Virus record (IMG/VR): IMGVR_UViG_3300022205_000001
Span: 1 to 64,000 of that record
Source of the DNA: a virus
Taxonomy: Duplodnaviria; Heunggongvirae; Uroviricota; Caudoviricetes
Strand: one strand, 5' to 3'
DNA length: 64,000 nt
Shown: piece after piece, positions 45,828 through 56,318 of the stretch
Layout of the letters: each line of letters starts with the position of its first letter
Numbering within the stretch: position 1 is the first letter of the stretch
Position numbers and translations under genes: made by a program
Notes under the pieces: model-generated
Told to the model about the DNA's origin: nothing
The model's input: only the letters and a program-made list of their open reading frames with translations
The model's database searches: none

Positions 45828-46357
45828 AAACGAATGTCAGGATGTTCAACATCACTTGATAGAGTATCCTGTTGAGTGGAAAACCCATGATCATACAACC
45901 AGGTGATCAATTCATTGTATTGATCGATATCATATGAACGAATTCTTCCACGTTCAACAATCGATGCTTTATCCCCCAAACTCTCCAGGCACATCAATTC
46001 ATTCCATGGTGCATCAATACGAAGATACTCTATATTTTGGATGCCATACAAAGTGAAGAATGTATCCAACCGAATCGTCCATACCATATTATATTTGACT
46101 GGAGCATACGCACTATAATACTGGGCATTGTTCAATGAACTTTTTCCATTCTCACCCTGAAACAATGGCTCTTGACTATCACCTGCATCAACGGCAAACG
46201 GAAGCAGGGTCAGCCGAGGAAATTGTCTTGAGAGAAGATACAAGGAACTAAATTTATCCTTATCAGGTTCAAATGCATACACTTGAGCATCAATATCCTG
46301 AAGAAACTTGATCGTCTCTTCTCCTGTATGGGCCCCAACTTCCACAATCGTTTTCAT
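45815..46357 (-). CDS. FkbM-like methyltransferase
   Basis: VEVGAHTGEET; paralog of previous gene. Confidence 0.5.
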   Translation of the reverse strand: MKTIVEVGAHTGEETIKFLQDIDAQVYAFEPDKDKFSSLYLLSRQFPRLTLLPFAVDAGDSQEPLFQGENGKSSLNNAQYYSAYAPVKYNMVWTIRLDTFFTLYGIQNIEYLRIDAPWNELMCLESLGDKASIVERGRIRSYDIDQYNELITWLYDHGFSTQQDTLSSDVEHPDIRFWRN

Positions 46358-47721
46358 TTGTGATGCTCCAAGTACGTCTTCAAATCTTCAGGAGTTCCAA
46401 TCCCCCACATACGCTCAATATTCTTCACTCGTACCAATTTTCCATCAGCGATAGCCTGATTGAACACTGGGCACACATAAAACTCATTGTTCGTCCGAAT
46501 GTTCTTCTGGATCATTTGCTCGGCGTACTTCACATAATCAGCACCACGTTTCCAATAATAAATCCCCACGGTCGCCAAATCAGAGATCACCTTCTTTTCT
46601 GCCACTTCTGCCACAAATCCCCTCTCATCAATGCGAGCATAGGACCACTTTGGGTGAACGGACTTGAAGGTCAGAATTCCTGCATCAATTTGGTCCAACG
46701 AAAACGCATACAGACATTCGTTGGAATTCCATTCTACATACTGATCAGAATTGGCAATGACTAACGGAGCATCGTTATTGATCAACTCTTTCGCAAGAAG
46801 TGTGGTACACGCCGCACCTTCTGTGACACCATCCACTTGCACGATATCGCACCCAGGAGCAATCATGTTGAGCATATACTTCAACTGATATGTCTCATAG
46901 TGCTCTTTCTGAACGATGAAGATATAATGTGCTTCGATGTTCAAATTCTCCACCACCACCTGAATCATAGGCTTCCCATTGACTTCAATGAGAGGCTTCG
47001 GGAATGTATATCCGGCTTGTGCAAATCGGGAACCGTGTCCTGCCATTGGAATCAAGACATTCATTTTCTTATCCCTCCACGGCACCTTCGGTCCAACAAT
47101 TCCATCAAGACAGGCAATCGCATCCTGGATGGTCAGAAGCGTCAGATCTTCTGGTCCTCCAATCGGAATCAAATGTGCTTTCGACGCAAGGGCAGCTTGT
47201 CTCCCCACATGCGAATCTTCGATGATCACCGTATTATCAGGTGTAGAATTCAACGCCTCCATACACTTCCAATACATATCAGGAAACGGCTTCGGACGCT
47301 TCACATCTTCATTTGAAACCATATAATCAACATACTCTATGAGCCCCATTTTCAACAAGGCAATTTTCATGGTCTCACGGATGCTATTTGACGCCACAGC
47401 AATTTTGATCCCATGTATCCTCAATTGTTCACAGAGTTCTTGGTGATGTTCGCTAACATGAAGACCGTTATAGAGATCTTTCGTATAATGCTGTTTTGCT
47501 CTCCAGATTGTGTCATATGCAGATGGGTGAAGTCCCTTTTCATCAGTGAGGAGTTTCAATTTCTTTGTGGTAGGAAGACCGTCATACGTTGAGAGGTGTT
47601 CCTCCCAAGAAATAACAAGCGTAGGATTGTAGTCAAGTAAGGCTCGATTCAATGCTTCATAATGAATCTTACGACTGTCTACCAACACACCATCTAAATC
47701 GAATATCACAAGTTTATTCAT
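46354..47721 (-). CDS. bifunctional HAD-phosphatase / sugar-phosphate nucleotidyltransferase
   Basis: N-terminal VIFDLDGVLVDS (HAD motif I); C-terminal MNVLIPMAGHGSRF (NTP_transferase G-x-G-S-R-F loop). Confidence 0.7.
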   Translation of the reverse strand: MNKLVIFDLDGVLVDSRKIHYEALNRALLDYNPTLVISWEEHLSTYDGLPTTKKLKLLTDEKGLHPSAYDTIWRAKQHYTKDLYNGLHVSEHHQELCEQLRIHGIKIAVASNSIRETMKIALLKMGLIEYVDYMVSNEDVKRPKPFPDMYWKCMEALNSTPDNTVIIEDSHVGRQAALASKAHLIPIGGPEDLTLLTIQDAIACLDGIVGPKVPWRDKKMNVLIPMAGHGSRFAQAGYTFPKPLIEVNGKPMIQVVVENLNIEAHYIFIVQKEHYETYQLKYMLNMIAPGCDIVQVDGVTEGAACTTLLAKELINNDAPLVIANSDQYVEWNSNECLYAFSLDQIDAGILTFKSVHPKWSYARIDERGFVAEVAEKKVISDLATVGIYYWKRGADYVKYAEQMIQKNIRTNNEFYVCPVFNQAIADGKLVRVKNIERMWGIGTPEDLKTYLEHHK

Positions 47722-47884
47722 AGTTCCTCACTTCTCAAATTTCACACCAACCTCAGCCGTCTTCTGATCCAAATCTACGATCAATAGATATGTAGTATTT
47801 GCTTCCAAATATTCTGGTGAATTCAACGACACAAGAATTTTGTTTTCTGGGTGCGGAATTAAAGGCCTCGCGCCAATTGCAATC

Positions 47885-48547
47885 TTATTCCCCATGTATA
47901 CAGACTCCTGAAAAGAAAGGAAATGACTTATTCCCTACGTCACGATGGCGCTTGTTGTGAATTACTTTTGCATTGGGATTACACACAATCTTCGCATTGG
48001 TGCGAATACGAAGGGACCATTCAACATCTTCTGGACTTCCTGGAAGCATATACTCATTCATCGGATATTTTTGTAACAATTCCCGGCGCACCAGATAATA
48101 ACCACCTGAGATATACTGATATCTAGTGTGACTCCAATCGTCGTAAGGAAGTGAATAGTACCGTCCTAGTGTTGGATGATCCCAAGTGATCCAATCTGTT
48201 GCATGTCGGGAACCAGTAATCAAATATTGTGGGTTGGAGCATACATCCCATTCTTCCGTAAAATTCTTATACGCATCATACCACCCTAAATCAAAAGTGT
48301 AGTAATCGTGCGCCATGACGAGTGTATCATACGTGGCAAACTTCGCAATCAGATTCTTCTTCTTTGGAAGCCAACCATCCGTTAACACATGACGAACATT
48401 CGGGAACGTTGGAATCTCCTCCGTCCCATATGATCCTGCAATGAGAATTTCATACTCAGGAATATTCAGTGCCGAAATAGACCCCACCATCTCAGCTAAC
48501 TGTGGAATGTTACTGTAGGTGCTACAGATCCCAAACGTCAATTTCAT
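47885..48547 (-). CDS. hypothetical protein, possible glycosyltransferase
   Basis: context only. Confidence 0.4.
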   Translation of the reverse strand: MKLTFGICSTYSNIPQLAEMVGSISALNIPEYEILIAGSYGTEEIPTFPNVRHVLTDGWLPKKKNLIAKFATYDTLVMAHDYYTFDLGWYDAYKNFTEEWDVCSNPQYLITGSRHATDWITWDHPTLGRYYSLPYDDWSHTRYQYISGGYYLVRRELLQKYPMNEYMLPGSPEDVEWSLRIRTNAKIVCNPNAKVIHNKRHRDVGNKSFPFFSGVCIHGE

Positions 48548-49581
48548 GACAAGACCCTTAGAATATCACTGACAGTGTTACCAATCAAACGGTTCCCAAT
48601 AACATACTTTTGAGACATTAGTAACTCAGACTGCGGCACTCCCTTGAATGTTTTCAAAAAGGAAGCCAATTCTTCTTGTGAGGTATACGTGTGTCCGTAA
48701 TCCTTCAACACTTCCGCGCCAGCAATATGTCGAGCAACCCATGGTGTCTCATTGAGCATCGCTTCTAACAACACTAACCCAAATCCCTCAGATATGGAAT
48801 TGAGAATATACAAATCAGCATCCCGCAATGCGGACAACATATAGTCTCGATGCAAGAAAAGAAACGGCTTCACAAATTCGGTTTCTTGTGGCATCAACTG
48901 GTGACGATTATCGTACCCCGTCAATACAAGTGTCACATCAGTTCGTCCAAGACTATTGAAGGTCTCCACCAGTTCCCCCATTCCCTTATTCGGCCAGTAT
49001 CCACCTGAAGAAAGAAACATGTATGGGGTACGGATATTAAAGATCTCCTTGAAACCATGAATGCCGATTGAATTGATCCCATTGATCCCATGACGAACGG
49101 TAACCGCTTTCCCTTCAGCATGATAGTCACGCACATGCCTCCAGTCCGCGAGAGTTGAACAGCCAACCCAGCGAGCCTTATGTAGGGCACTCACACATGT
49201 TTTAGAATGAGATGGAAGGATAATCAAATACAACACCGGTCCACCCCATTGATCGGCACGGTCGAGCACAAAATTCTGCAATGGAACATCCCCACCATGC
49301 ACTACAATCAAATCCCACGGCTTGAACAGGATCTTTGGATCATTGGTGACTTGAACTCCATTCAAATCCCCCTGGTGTTCTCCCGCGAACACCGTGACCT
49401 CATGTCCACGGGCCAGTGTTTCTTCCGCCATATCACGGACATAATTTTCAGATCCACCAGGATACGGAGCATAACGATGAACTACATACAGAATTTTTCT
49501 TCGCTGGTTAGATACTACAAAAGGTTTTTGTTGGGGCTGGCCAGTGGGTTGTTTTGACTCAGGAAATTCTGCGATACTCAT
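48544..49581 (-). CDS. glycosyltransferase family 4 (GT-B)
   Basis: HRYAPYPGGSENYVRDMAEETLARGHEVTV N-terminal block and C-terminal SEGFGLVLLEAM E-x7-E motif. Confidence 0.8.
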   Translation of the reverse strand: MSIAEFPESKQPTGQPQQKPFVVSNQRRKILYVVHRYAPYPGGSENYVRDMAEETLARGHEVTVFAGEHQGDLNGVQVTNDPKILFKPWDLIVVHGGDVPLQNFVLDRADQWGGPVLYLIILPSHSKTCVSALHKARWVGCSTLADWRHVRDYHAEGKAVTVRHGINGINSIGIHGFKEIFNIRTPYMFLSSGGYWPNKGMGELVETFNSLGRTDVTLVLTGYDNRHQLMPQETEFVKPFLFLHRDYMLSALRDADLYILNSISEGFGLVLLEAMLNETPWVARHIAGAEVLKDYGHTYTSQEELASFLKTFKGVPQSELLMSQKYVIGNRLIGNTVSDILRVLS

Positions 49582-50471
49582 ACTCGATACTTCCTTTCTA
49601 CCATAGCTCTCACTTCAGGCACACGGTCCCATTGGTGAACAATCGCATACGGCTCATTTCGAGGATTCATCACCAAATCATGCTTCGTACTATATGCAGG
49701 CCTGCATAATCCAATGTGTGGTTGATACATTGCACGTTTTGTGGGGTCCATTGTCGTACCCAACTGTGCGGCCCAGGTAGACGAATGATTTGCGAAAAAC
49801 GTACACTCCTGGTAAACGGGTGTATCTAATAGAATGTTGTATGCAGCTTGATCAGGTCCTCCACCGCCGGGAACAAATTGCGGGGCCCCGCCACACATCA
49901 ATGCTATCGTCTTACACATTCCTAGATATGTCTTTGCTTCACCAGCAGTAACTCCAGCATTATAGATCATGTTTCTGAGGTGAGTTTTGTGAATGTGCGG
50001 ACCAAATGATTGGAGAAGATTGTTGTTCCCCCATGGCTCTTGTTCATATGTCAGTTCTTCGCACGATGCTAAAATATGTTTACCGGACTGCTCCAAGTAA
50101 TATTCAAGGTGAGCACTAGGGTTATGTTGAAAAATGACATCCTTCACGTCTGTGGCGAGGATATATCTCACATCATTCATATGAGATAACAACATGTAAT
50201 AGTGCATGAAACGTTCAACAACGATGGAGAAGGGATTCTTTTTGTAGACGAGATTGCCGACTGGATCTTGCTCAAATGCAAGAACGGTGTATTTACGGGA
50301 AACCAACTCCCGCACTGTTGCAACATCCATGTTGTATGCGAGGACTACTTTATACCCAGAGAATCCTGAACGGTCGAGGGAATTGACCCAAGGAGCAATC
50401 TGATCAAAATTGTATCCTGTGACGGCTCCTACGATGAGGTCCCTCTGTGTTGATCTTTCCATAATTTCCAC
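49578..50471 (-). CDS. hypothetical protein in glycan cassette
   Basis: ORF. Confidence 0.45.
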   Translation of the reverse strand: MEIMERSTQRDLIVGAVTGYNFDQIAPWVNSLDRSGFSGYKVVLAYNMDVATVRELVSRKYTVLAFEQDPVGNLVYKKNPFSIVVERFMHYYMLLSHMNDVRYILATDVKDVIFQHNPSAHLEYYLEQSGKHILASCEELTYEQEPWGNNNLLQSFGPHIHKTHLRNMIYNAGVTAGEAKTYLGMCKTIALMCGGAPQFVPGGGGPDQAAYNILLDTPVYQECTFFANHSSTWAAQLGTTMDPTKRAMYQPHIGLCRPAYSTKHDLVMNPRNEPYAIVHQWDRVPEVRAMVERKYRV

Positions 50472-50998
50472 TTTTTCTTAGCAGCAAGACTAATCTTCTG
50501 CTTAGTTTCTAATGATAATGTTCTTCCTACTCCACTTATAGCAATTTTCTTTTTAGTTTCTTCGGTATGTTTTCTCCCAAGATTATATTTATTTCCAAAT
50601 GCATGTGCGGTACACTTCTGTATATGCTCTTTGGTTAGTTTGCGCCCCTTCGTATGTTGATTACCCTTCAACATAATGCTTCTAGCTAACTTTGCTTCAT
50701 GTGACCAAGGTTTACGAGGATGAATTTTCCAGTATAATACCGATTTCTTTTGATTTTCGCGTGAAATTTCTCTCAACACTTCTTCTTTTCCAATTCGCCC
50801 CGATAAAAATTGATAGGCTAACTTGTCACCTAATTTTGGAACCCCATCTACAGGATCATCATAATATCGTTTATGAACCTCAATATGCTGTTCAAGGGTC
50901 AACCAAACATAGTTATCCTTGTCATTGAATCCTCTCAAATTCCCAAAACGCACCTTCCATTCATGACGAGGAATAATATGATGTTTATGGGTGATCAC
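50429..50998 (-). CDS. HNH homing endonuclease
   Basis: HKHHIIPRHEW...WLTLEQHIEVH. Confidence 0.65.
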   Translation of the reverse strand: MITHKHHIIPRHEWKVRFGNLRGFNDKDNYVWLTLEQHIEVHKRYYDDPVDGVPKLGDKLAYQFLSGRIGKEEVLREISRENQKKSVLYWKIHPRKPWSHEAKLARSIMLKGNQHTKGRKLTKEHIQKCTAHAFGNKYNLGRKHTEETKKKIAISGVGRTLSLETKQKISLAAKKKWKLWKDQHRGTSS

Positions 50999-52236
50999 TT
51001 ACTCCAATCCTTTGCTACGGTAAAGTTCGCATGACTGAACTCCATTCGATCAACCAACTTCACAGCATTGCCAATGTGATCAATGGCCACAAATCCTTCC
51101 GGTCGGGTAACTCGGTATCCATCACTTGTCTTCAGAAAGGTATGTGTGGATTGCACTTGGGAGAGCTTATGTAAGACAAATAGTTTAGCAGAAACCAATG
51201 CATTTTGCAAGTCAAAAATTCGCTTGAGGTCCGAATTATGCGCCCGGAAGAATCCTACCACAAGAGTCTTTTCCTGTAATCTCTTTCGCTGAGTTTCAGG
51301 CTTCTTTGCTTCGCGTACTGCGGTAGACATCTTATCATCTAACCAACGAATAAACGCATTGGTATGAGCCGATGTATCCTTAATACCCTCTCCAGACCTT
51401 ACCGCTCGATTGTTGAAGGTCTTCACATACAACCGATATGTATCATTCAACGCAATCTGGTTGAGTGCTTTGGAATTCACCCCACCCAATATATGCCCCA
51501 CTGTAGTCATTATGGCATTGAATTGTGCCGTTTCTTCTGCGGTGAATGACGCGGTACCTGATTCATCCACAAAACTAGCATCGCGGAACCACACATCTTT
51601 TACATGATGCAGGTATCCCAAATCAACATTGAATGAGGCTTTCATCTGAGAAAGACTTTTGCCGGTGTATTCTGTATGGAACACAATCCCCAACTGTGCT
51701 TTCAGCAGTCTATCAGCAAGAGGAGTATCACGAGGAATGGCATAGGTGATCGTATTTGGAGTGAAGGTGACATACTTCGCACCCTCAATCTCTTTCACTT
51801 CCACTGAGGATTTTGTAAACAACATGTCACCTTGCAGTACCCCTTTGATCCCAAGCTTCGGGAGATAACGCAAGCAGAGAATCAACTTCTCTTGGAGTCC
51901 AGGAGATTCATGGTTCGATAAGATATCTTTCTCAGTATAATTCATTTTCGCATTCTTTGCGAATACACTCTTCGTGCCCACAAAGAATTTCCCATTCTCA
52001 GGATTGATCCCACAGATTACCGCAGGAGCCCCATCCCATTTTGTGGTGATGTTAACTGGGTACTTTGAGTGTCCAGAGAACATATCACGTAGCGATAACA
52101 AGAAATGGATAGCATCACGGGCACCAGAAACTCCCTGATTCAACACCAAATCCTCAATGTGTTCTAGGTGGACATTTTTGTCTGTTGTGGATTCTGTGAG
52201 AAAACTTGTGAATGATAGCATGGTTACACAAAGCAA
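50995..52236 (-). CDS. RNA ligase 1 (T4 RnlA-like)
   Basis: ITTKWDGAPAVICGINPENGKFFVGTKSVFA aligns with T4 Rnl1 [29 protein letters not shown] (motif I KxDG); C-terminal PEGFVAIDHIG vs NIEGYVAVMKDG (motif IV). Confidence 0.55.
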   Translation of the reverse strand: MLCVTMLSFTSFLTESTTDKNVHLEHIEDLVLNQGVSGARDAIHFLLSLRDMFSGHSKYPVNITTKWDGAPAVICGINPENGKFFVGTKSVFAKNAKMNYTEKDILSNHESPGLQEKLILCLRYLPKLGIKGVLQGDMLFTKSSVEVKEIEGAKYVTFTPNTITYAIPRDTPLADRLLKAQLGIVFHTEYTGKSLSQMKASFNVDLGYLHHVKDVWFRDASFVDESGTASFTAEETAQFNAIMTTVGHILGGVNSKALNQIALNDTYRLYVKTFNNRAVRSGEGIKDTSAHTNAFIRWLDDKMSTAVREAKKPETQRKRLQEKTLVVGFFRAHNSDLKRIFDLQNALVSAKLFVLHKLSQVQSTHTFLKTSDGYRVTRPEGFVAIDHIGNAVKLVDRMEFSHANFTVAKDWSK

Positions 52237-52997
52237 CTTATGTTTAATTTTTTCTTGTTGATAACAGGTGTCTTCCCAACAATCGGAGCAATGTTATAGG
52301 GAGATGGATGAATCATACGAAATTGTAATTCAAAAGTGAACTGGTATTTTCCACTTCCCTTATATTGAACACGAGCCCTTGCGGTTGCTCTCGCTGAAGA
52401 ACCAAATGAGGGGACAGGCTGCCTTCCAGCAACTCGTTTCAATCCACTATTCAAACTGAAAGGATCTTTGGGTCCAAAAGTGTAAAATCCATGTGTACCA
52501 ATGTTCACATAGAATGTGTCTTTTGTGTTGTAATATTTCTCGATCTTCGTTGCAGGAACTTCTGTGATAACATCAGGGAATGTCTTCAAATCCCGCTCAT
52601 ATCTCTGCTTGTCCGTTAATTTTCCTGCGGTAGCTTCCCACAATTGATCCGGCTCTCGTTTATATGGAAGTTCACTCCACTTCTTCGCAAGAGTTTCAAA
52701 CAACCCGATTTCCTTAGCTATACCCACCAAGAATAATTTCTCACGCTCATCTGGCTTGATCGTCCCGAATCCCCAAGGGGTTTTCTTGTTTTTAGTGTCG
52801 TATTTCAACACAAGAGAACCTGCGGAAGCAGCCATCAATTTCAACTCACAACCACTCTTTTTCCCCTTATATTGGAGAACAAGGTCAGGCTGATCGTGTC
52901 CAGCACCAGCAGGAACAAAGTTCTTGGGTACAAGATTCATGGGCTTCAAAATTGAAGCTGCATTCTTTTCGTATTCAAATCCCTGTTGTGCTGCCAT
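52224..52997 (-). CDS. hypothetical protein
   Basis: start moved to MAAQQGFEY Met to avoid overlap with upstream gene. Confidence 0.45.
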   Translation of the reverse strand: MAAQQGFEYEKNAASILKPMNLVPKNFVPAGAGHDQPDLVLQYKGKKSGCELKLMAASAGSLVLKYDTKNKKTPWGFGTIKPDEREKLFLVGIAKEIGLFETLAKKWSELPYKREPDQLWEATAGKLTDKQRYERDLKTFPDVITEVPATKIEKYYNTKDTFYVNIGTHGFYTFGPKDPFSLNSGLKRVAGRQPVPSFGSSARATARARVQYKGSGKYQFTFELQFRMIHPSPYNIAPIVGKTPVINKKKLNISCFV

Positions 52998-53026
52998 ACT
53001 ACACCCTCCTGAAAGACTATTTAGTG

Positions 53027-53593
53027 TTAGAGATAGTGTAGGTATGTAGAAAGAATGTACTTCGGTCCCCCGATTACCTTTTCTCCCCAATGGGGATACA
53101 TCCATAACGGAGGAAATACTAACACACTTCCAGGTTTAGGGGTCACAGTGTAAAATGGGGCATCATTGGGGGCATAGGCAAACACCGTCTTTCCTCCCTC
53201 TGGGACTGAATTCAAATAGAAGAGGAATGAAAGAAATCTCCGAGCCGATGCATGACTTCCCACATCGGTATGAAATGCAAATTCATCCCTTCCATTTGGG
53301 AGGTAGCGTTTCAGGCGAAATTGTTCATACCCAAATGTCCGCGGCCACTGGGAATCAAGTAAGATACCGTGGGTATCCATATACACTCGTACCAAGTTCT
53401 GTACCACATTTGTGAGCACTTCTTGCTCTTGGGCCCAATGTGTGTGCTTTGAGACATTCACTTCCTTAAAATGTCTATTCTGCCAATCAGTGTGTTCCTG
53501 CTCATGCGCTTCGTTCTTTTCAAATTTTGTGATCAACTGGTCACAGATTGAAACAGGTAACACACCATCGAATACCGAAATATAATCCTTCAT
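53027..53593 (-). CDS. 2OG-Fe(II) oxygenase (prolyl-4-hydroxylase-like)
   Basis: HTDVGSH...(~45 aa)...GGKTVF: HxD...H facial triad spacing. Confidence 0.6.
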   Translation of the reverse strand: MKDYISVFDGVLPVSICDQLITKFEKNEAHEQEHTDWQNRHFKEVNVSKHTHWAQEQEVLTNVVQNLVRVYMDTHGILLDSQWPRTFGYEQFRLKRYLPNGRDEFAFHTDVGSHASARRFLSFLFYLNSVPEGGKTVFAYAPNDAPFYTVTPKPGSVLVFPPLWMYPHWGEKVIGGPKYILSTYLHYL

Positions 53594-53602
53594 AGCGCAC
53601 CT

Positions 53603-55021
53603 CTAAAATTTAAACTTCTGAACTTGTTTCGTCGTCAATTTTCTCTCAAATGGCTTTTTCGCGGGTTCCGGTTGGGTTGCATCTGGCACTTGTCCTGAGT
53701 CTTGGAGCGTCTGTGCATTCTGAGAGACATTATACAGACGCATCTTTGTCATGTCAACCCCTACCACAAATCGCTTATTGACTGTTTTCCCCATGTATCG
53801 ATTCTTCAACTGCTTGAACATATACTGGTTCAACTTCTCCAATTCTTCTGTCATAACAACCGCAACAAAGAAGTCCGCGGTTGCAGGTAACCCAAATGAC
53901 TCCGATGTATCAGTCAATTCCAAATCACTATTATCAAAACCCCCTCTAGTTGTCTGTGTGGCTGAAACAAGAGGAACTTCATACTCCACGGCAAGTCCAC
54001 GCAACTCTTCTGCCACAGATTTCACATAAGTGTAACTATTCACACTGTTTCCCATCTTAATACGAGAAGACAAACAGAGATTCAAGTAATCCACGAAAAT
54101 AATGTCTGGCTTGAAAGACTTTTTCAGAGCAAGTTCAGTGAGGAGGGATCGAAAGTGCATCACCGATGCTCCAGCCGTCGGATATTCCTTGATAATCAAC
54201 TTCCCATGTGTCTTTGAACGAAGATACGCAAATTTCTTATCAAACTCCTGTTTCCCAAGCTTCTGAAGATCATCAAACGGCACATTCAATAAGTTCACAT
54301 CGATACGTTCAGCAATACGTTCCTCTGCCATTTCAAGTGTAATATAGAGGACATGCTTCCCCTGTGACAACGCATTTGCTGCCAAGTGACACATCACAAG
54401 AGATTTTCCAACGTTTGTACCAGCGAGGATGATATTCAGCGTCTTTGTTGAGAATCCCCCATTCGTGATCTTATTCAAAAAATCAATATCAAACGAAATC
54501 TTCTTTTCCTTCTGGTGGTAGTAGTCATATCGTCTCTCTGCATCAGAGAGATAATCATGACCGACATGTGGATCAAAGGAAACGGCGAGGGCTTGTGTGA
54601 GGAGATCAGGAATGGCTTCTTTAGGTTTTTTACGATCTTTATTCGTATCATCCATCAACTGCACAGCTTCAAGGACTGCGTTATACAACGCTGAATCTTT
54701 ACAGAACTTTTCTGTTTGATTGGTAAGCCACGCAATATCGGACGGCTCCTTACGATCAGCATGAATGGTCTTCAACAAGTCCACAGCATCGCGCACTTGC
54801 TCCTCTTTCAACGAAGGAGCTTCTGTCAGATCAATAACCAGAGCTTCATAGGTGGGGGTATTCTTATACTTCTCTATAAAAGAAGCAATCTGTGTGAATA
54901 GTGTTCGTTCAGCAGACTCCTTGAAGTATTCAACCTTGAGGAAGGGAATCACTTTCCTCATGTATGGTTCGCTGTAAATTAGATTCTTCAGAATCGAGGT
55001 CTCTAGCCGTTGCATACTCAC
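53603..55021 (-). CDS. replicative DNA helicase (T4 gp41 / DnaB family)
   Basis: Walker A GTNVGKS, LYITLEMAEE (DnaB H2), N-terminus aligns with T4 gp41 (..YF.KV.PY....YFE). Confidence 0.85.
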   Translation of the reverse strand: MSMQRLETSILKNLIYSEPYMRKVIPFLKVEYFKESAERTLFTQIASFIEKYKNTPTYEALVIDLTEAPSLKEEQVRDAVDLLKTIHADRKEPSDIAWLTNQTEKFCKDSALYNAVLEAVQLMDDTNKDRKKPKEAIPDLLTQALAVSFDPHVGHDYLSDAERRYDYYHQKEKKISFDIDFLNKITNGGFSTKTLNIILAGTNVGKSLVMCHLAANALSQGKHVLYITLEMAEERIAERIDVNLLNVPFDDLQKLGKQEFDKKFAYLRSKTHGKLIIKEYPTAGASVMHFRSLLTELALKKSFKPDIIFVDYLNLCLSSRIKMGNSVNSYTYVKSVAEELRGLAVEYEVPLVSATQTTRGGFDNSDLELTDTSESFGLPATADFFVAVVMTEELEKLNQYMFKQLKNRYMGKTVNKRFVVGVDMTKMRLYNVSQNAQTLQDSGQVPDATQPEPAKKPFERKLTTKQVQKFKF

Positions 55022-55364
55022 CTTTATCAGATAATAAGATTGCCGTTAAGATATCCCCAATATACTGCTTGAACTCATTGGCCTTCAAGTGCAATTCCAC
55101 ATCAACATGAAGTGGGCAATCAAAAATCGCATAATCGAATGAAAGGATATTGCGATCCTTCTCAGGATATATTTTCACTTGTCCATAATAGTATATCACA
55201 TCTTCATATGGGCCGTCAAGGATCTTGACCCCCGCAAGATCGGGGGCCAGATCGACCAATTGATAATGGATACCCTCTTGTGGAAGAGGTTTAGTTGTTG
55301 TCTTTGAGAATATCCCCATAAGCCAATTGATAACGCTTCTTAATAAATTCATTGAATTCTCCAT
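54930..55364 (-). CDS. hypothetical protein at the T4 gene 40 position
   Basis: ORF between uvsX and helicase; overlaps helicase N-terminus by ~90 nt, so boundaries are uncertain. Confidence 0.4.
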   Translation of the reverse strand: MENSMNLLRSVINWLMGIFSKTTTKPLPQEGIHYQLVDLAPDLAGVKILDGPYEDVIYYYGQVKIYPEKDRNILSFDYAIFDCPLHVDVELHLKANEFKQYIGDILTAILLSDKGEYATARDLDSEESNLQRTIHEESDSLPQG

Positions 55365-56307
55365 CTGCCAAAATGTCCTTCCAGAATCCTGCCGTCTTTG
55401 TATCCGATTCTCTCACTCGTGTGGTGGCACCCTTCTTCAGATACCAACCTGGCGCAGGCTTCGTCACATGCCCACTCTCCAATGCAATCTCCAACAATCC
55501 AGAATACTTCTCAATTCCACCATCAAACATGACAGTCAACGCAAGCTTTGATTTCTCTTTGACATACCGTGACTTCTCAATATTCAAAACGAAGTTGAAT
55601 CCTGCCACTTCACCGTCAACCTTTTCTTGTTGCCTTCCGATGATCCAAATATCATCTGCGGCAAAGTAGCTTCCCGTTCCACCACCCACAATATCCTTCG
55701 GGTACATACCAATTTCCTTGTAGGTGTGATTCACCACCACCAACGGAATATCCTTCAACTTCAAATGAGGAGTCACCATACGGAACAAAGACTTGAAGGC
55801 CTTCGCTCGTGTCATATCTGCCACTTGCTTCCCTTCAATGGCATCCTCAATTTCCTTCGCAGATGCCAACTGTCCAAGCGAGTCTACAAATATCAACACA
55901 TGATCCGTCCGCTTGAATTCCCTCAATTGAGTCATGATATCATGCTTCAATTGTTCCACATCAACGAGCGGACAATGGAGCACCCGGCTCATGTCGATAT
56001 TGAATGCTTTGAAGTAATGCTTCGGGGAACCGAATTCCGAATCATAGAACAACACCACTCCATCCTCATACTTCTTCAAGAATGATCTGACCATGAACAA
56101 TGCAATCATAGACTTGAAGTGCTTCGATGGTCCAGCGATCATTGTCACACCAGAAGTCAATCCACCATTCAAATCAGCAGATAACGCAATGTTGAGAATT
56201 GGCACTTCAGTGGGAATCACTTGCCCGTCACTGAATACAGTGGATTCATCCAAAATATCCGCGGTCTCAATCGTTGAATTCTTCTTCATTCGCTCAAGTA
56301 ACGACAT
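55291..56307 (-). CDS. uvsX: recombinase UvsX (RecA-like)
   Basis: near-collinear match to T4 UvsX: IPILNIALSADLNGGLTSG, AGPSKHFKS (Walker A), LFYDSEFG, VFVDSLGQLASAKEIEDA, DMTRAKAFKSLFRMVTP, VNHTY, GGGTG, FNFVLNIEKSRYVKEKSK. Confidence 0.9.
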   Translation of the reverse strand: MSLLERMKKNSTIETADILDESTVFSDGQVIPTEVPILNIALSADLNGGLTSGVTMIAGPSKHFKSMIALFMVRSFLKKYEDGVVLFYDSEFGSPKHYFKAFNIDMSRVLHCPLVDVEQLKHDIMTQLREFKRTDHVLIFVDSLGQLASAKEIEDAIEGKQVADMTRAKAFKSLFRMVTPHLKLKDIPLVVVNHTYKEIGMYPKDIVGGGTGSYFAADDIWIIGRQQEKVDGEVAGFNFVLNIEKSRYVKEKSKLALTVMFDGGIEKYSGLLEIALESGHVTKPAPGWYLKKGATTRVRESDTKTAGFWKDILADGEFNEFIKKRYQLAYGDILKDNN

Positions 56308-56318
56308 AATGTTCTCCC

